Assembly: GCF_006345805.1 (NCBI RefSeq)
Contig: NC_043002.1
Span: forward strand, 54,250,001-54,314,000
Direction of reading: 5' to 3'
DNA from: Octopus sinensis
Taxonomy: Eukaryota
Length of the DNA stretch: 64,000 nt
A program made the translations under genes and the position numbers. How positions within the stretch are numbered: the stretch's first letter is position 1; every line of letters starts with the position of its first letter. Under the pieces are notes generated by a model. The model was not told the origin of the DNA. It worked only from the letters and a program-made list of their open reading frames with translations, and searched no databases. Shown here in pieces: positions 61,169-64,000 of the stretch.

Positions 61169-61235
61169 ATATGTATGTATGTATGTATATATATATATAT
61201 ATGTGTGTGTGTGTATATGTATGTATGTATGTATG

Positions 61236-61270
<35 letters not shown>

Positions 61271-61339
61271 ATATGTATGTATGTATGTATGTATATATAT
61301 ATATATATGTGTGTGTGTATATGTATGTATGTATGTATG

Positions 61340-61370
<31 letters not shown>

Positions 61371-61680
61371 ATATGTATGTATATATGTATGTATGTATAT
61401 ATATATATGTGTGTGTGTGTATATGTATGTATATATGTATGTATGTATATATATTTATGTATGTATATATGTATGTATGTATATATATTTATGTATGTAT
61501 GTATATATATATATATATATGTGTGTGTGTATATGTATGTATATATATATGTGTGTATATGTATGTATATATATATGTGTGTATATGTATGTATATATAT
61601 ATGTGTGTGTGTGTGTATATATATATATAATGTATATATATATATATAATGTATATGTATATATATATATATATATATAA
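61030..61680. repeat. Compound (TA)n/(TG)n/(TATG)n microsatellite
   Basis: Direct reading; ~35-40-bp higher-order unit (TA)n(TG)n(TATG)n. Confidence 0.95.
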
Positions 61681-62329
61681 TGATAATATTAGGGAGTATA
61701 ACTCCAAACTTACAGGGAAAAATTCAATTTAGTATTAAATCAAATTTCACAGTATAAGTCCTGGGGTTAATTTCTTCAACTAAAAAGGTGGTGCTCTAGC
61801 ATGGCCACAATCAAATGACTGAAACATGTAAAAGAATAAAAGTATGTATATATGTATGTATGTGTGTGTTTTTGTGTTTGTCCCCTACCACCGATTGACA
61901 ATTGGTGTTTGTGTCACTGTAACTTAGCAGTGTGGTAAAAGAGACTTATGGATTAAGTACCAGGCTTAAAAAGAAAAATAGTACTGGGGTCGATTCATTT
62001 GACTTAGCTTTATCAAGGAGGTCCCAGCATGGCTGCAGTCTAATGACTGAAACAAGCATAAGATTAAAAGATATACAAGTAATGCCTTGATATAGAAGTT
62101 AATTTGTTCTCAGAGATCGCTTATAAAGTGAAAACTCATAAAGCAGAGCAATAATTTCCCAGAGTAGCAATGTTATAAATTGTAATTTGTTACCAGAAAA
62201 ATATTTTACCTATAAAATTTATAACACTATAAATGGCGATAAAACAACAGTAGAATGTAAAGAATATTTTATGTAAAGTAAAAAGAATGTCAAGATCATT
62301 TATTATAAAAAATATTATTATAATCATAT

Positions 62330-62520
62330 TTCTGAATCACTTTTACTTTACTAGACTGATGCACACCATTACTCGTAGACGCAATCGCCGATTCACAAGC
62401 ACTTGTAGACGAACTTGTAGATTTCTTTTTAAAAACAGGTCAAGAGTTGTTTACTTAGAAGCTTTTTTTGCTCTCTATAAATTTGTTGGTAACACACAGA
62501 AGCATCTTTTATGGTAGTAG
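62330..62520 (-). mobile_element. Tigger/pogo-type transposase C-terminal relic
   Basis: DASVCYQQIYREQKK followed, after a frameshift, by KQTTLDLFLK. Confidence 0.5.
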
Positions 62521-63449
62521 AAACTTTTGTACTGTGTTCAAAATTTGGATCTTAGCTGTTTAGCCTTTTTATATTTATTATAAAATATATCTCATAATCC
62601 TGGAGTCTTGTAAAGTGAGGTATTAGTGTATAATGTGGTACAAAATTACTATTGACAATTACGTTAGATATCTGGAGATTCTAACATGTCATGTATTAGG
62701 TTAATTGGATAATGTACCTAATTCCAAACTAAAATGTAATTAATCACTAAGATATTTACATATGTATACCGTTATCATCATTTGAATGTGCACATTCCAT
62801 GCCTGCATGAGTCGGACAGAGTTTATTGAGTCAGATCTTCTACAACTGGATACCTTTCTGGTTGTCAACCCCACCTGTTTCCAGCCAAGGTAGTAATTCC
62901 CCATGGCAAGACATGTTTTTGCAGAATATTGCAAATGAATGACACTGCTTGTATGACAGTGACACTCATTTACAACTCACACGATAACAAGACAAGGAGA
63001 CACGAACATACACCTATACACACTTATAAATAAATATTTTACATACATGTATATATATACACACAATGAGTTTTTTTCAGTTTCCATCTACCAAATCCAC
63101 TCAAGACTTTGATCGGCCCATGTTTCTAGTAGATGACACTTGCTCAAGTGCCTCACACTGGGACTGAATCTGAAACCATGTGATTTGAATGTGAGCTTAG
63201 TAGTGGTAGTAGTATGTATGTATATATAAGTATATAGGGTGCGGCTGAAGTAATACCCTTTTGTATTTGAGTTTTCTCGTTTCTAATTGAGTTTTTTTTT
63301 AATAATAATAATAATGAAATTATTGTATATAGTGCTCAGGTGCATCACAACTTGTCAAAAGTGTAAAAAACATATGCAGTAATGTACAAATGTCTGGAAA
63401 GTGAACAGTGTATGAGTCAGATACATGCTTGTGTGTGTATGGAGGGTAG

Positions 63450-64000
63450 AAAATCAGGTATAGTGTTGGCGGATCTCAGGAAGCATGGAAGTTTTGAACT
63501 AACAACTGATGCCGGCTGTTTGTTCCATACTTCAGCAACTCTTAGCGTGAAAAAATGTTTCTGAAAGTCACGGGAGCTGTGCTGTTTTCTGACTTTGTAA
63601 ACATGTCCACGGGTGTTAGACAGGTGGGGTTTGAAAAGGTGCTCAGAGTAAGATGGTTAATAATTTTATGGGTGTCTGTCAAGTCAGCTGCCAGACGTCA
63701 GAGTTTCAATGTATCCATGCCCAGGGAAGTAAGACGTTCAGAATATGGCAAATGCCTGATGGAGGGTATTCTTTTGGTTGCACGTCGCTAAACGGTTTCC
63801 AGACAATTAATATCCTGGGCAAGATGGGGGTTCCAGACCAGTGATGCAAATTCCAGGTGAGGCCGCATCATAGCTATATAAAGCCTCAGATAGATAGCCG
63901 GAGAGTGGCTTACAAAGGACTTGGTGAGTGATGCCAAGACACCCTCAGCCTTCTTAGCAATTTTAGCAATGTGTTTTGCCCAACGCAAATCGCTGTTGAC
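63450..64000 (-). mobile_element. CR1-clade LINE 3' end (RT C-terminus), runs off the window edge
   Basis: DLRWAKHI...MRPHLEFASLVWNPHLAQDINCLETV*RRATKRIP...LPYSERLTSL. Confidence 0.88.

Noticed and set aside
61003-61707. Long ORFs rich in Y/I/C/V/M (also 21490-21844)
   Set aside because: They are translations of (TA)n/(TG)n microsatellites, not genes.

Overview
Eukaryotic (metazoan) genomic DNA, very TE-rich. It is most likely a coleoid cephalopod (Octopus), inferred from the recurring tRNA-derived and RTE-tailed SINE families and the (TA)n tracts. Bases 1-21.5 kb are an almost continuous nest of retro- and DNA transposons. In order: a short Ty3/Gypsy element inserted in the YIDD codon of a Neptune-type Penelope-like element (PLE), a Helitron helicase relic, a head-to-tail HERO (RLE non-LTR) array, a CsRn1-type Gypsy, Merlin transposase pieces, and a Tx1/L1 element split by a TTAA-flanked piggyBac derivative. 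One host gene can be assembled on the minus strand (about 25.07-51.1 kb). Its last exon encodes the Sororin C-terminal motif (MEKWAERMSNEFDEIENFELSIEE*). With YSR/KEN motifs and a CHR/E2F/NRF1-type promoter, this identifies a long (~840 aa) Sororin/CDCA5 homolog. Its introns hold nested RTEs, an LTR relic, SINEs and a second piggyBac copy. The most unusual signals are RNA-level: (i) eight minimal type-I hammerhead motifs in six different PLE-type or SINE contexts, including a tRNA-headed, hammerhead-tailed SINE; (ii) a Gypsy PBS complementary to the first 12 nt of tRNA-Phe instead of a tRNA 3' end; (iii) a second LTR element with a 20-bp fold-back (self-priming-like) PBS; and (iv) an array of four GAAAGA-loop hairpins in the HERO 5' UTR. 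All calls come from manual reading; no database searches or folding programs were run.
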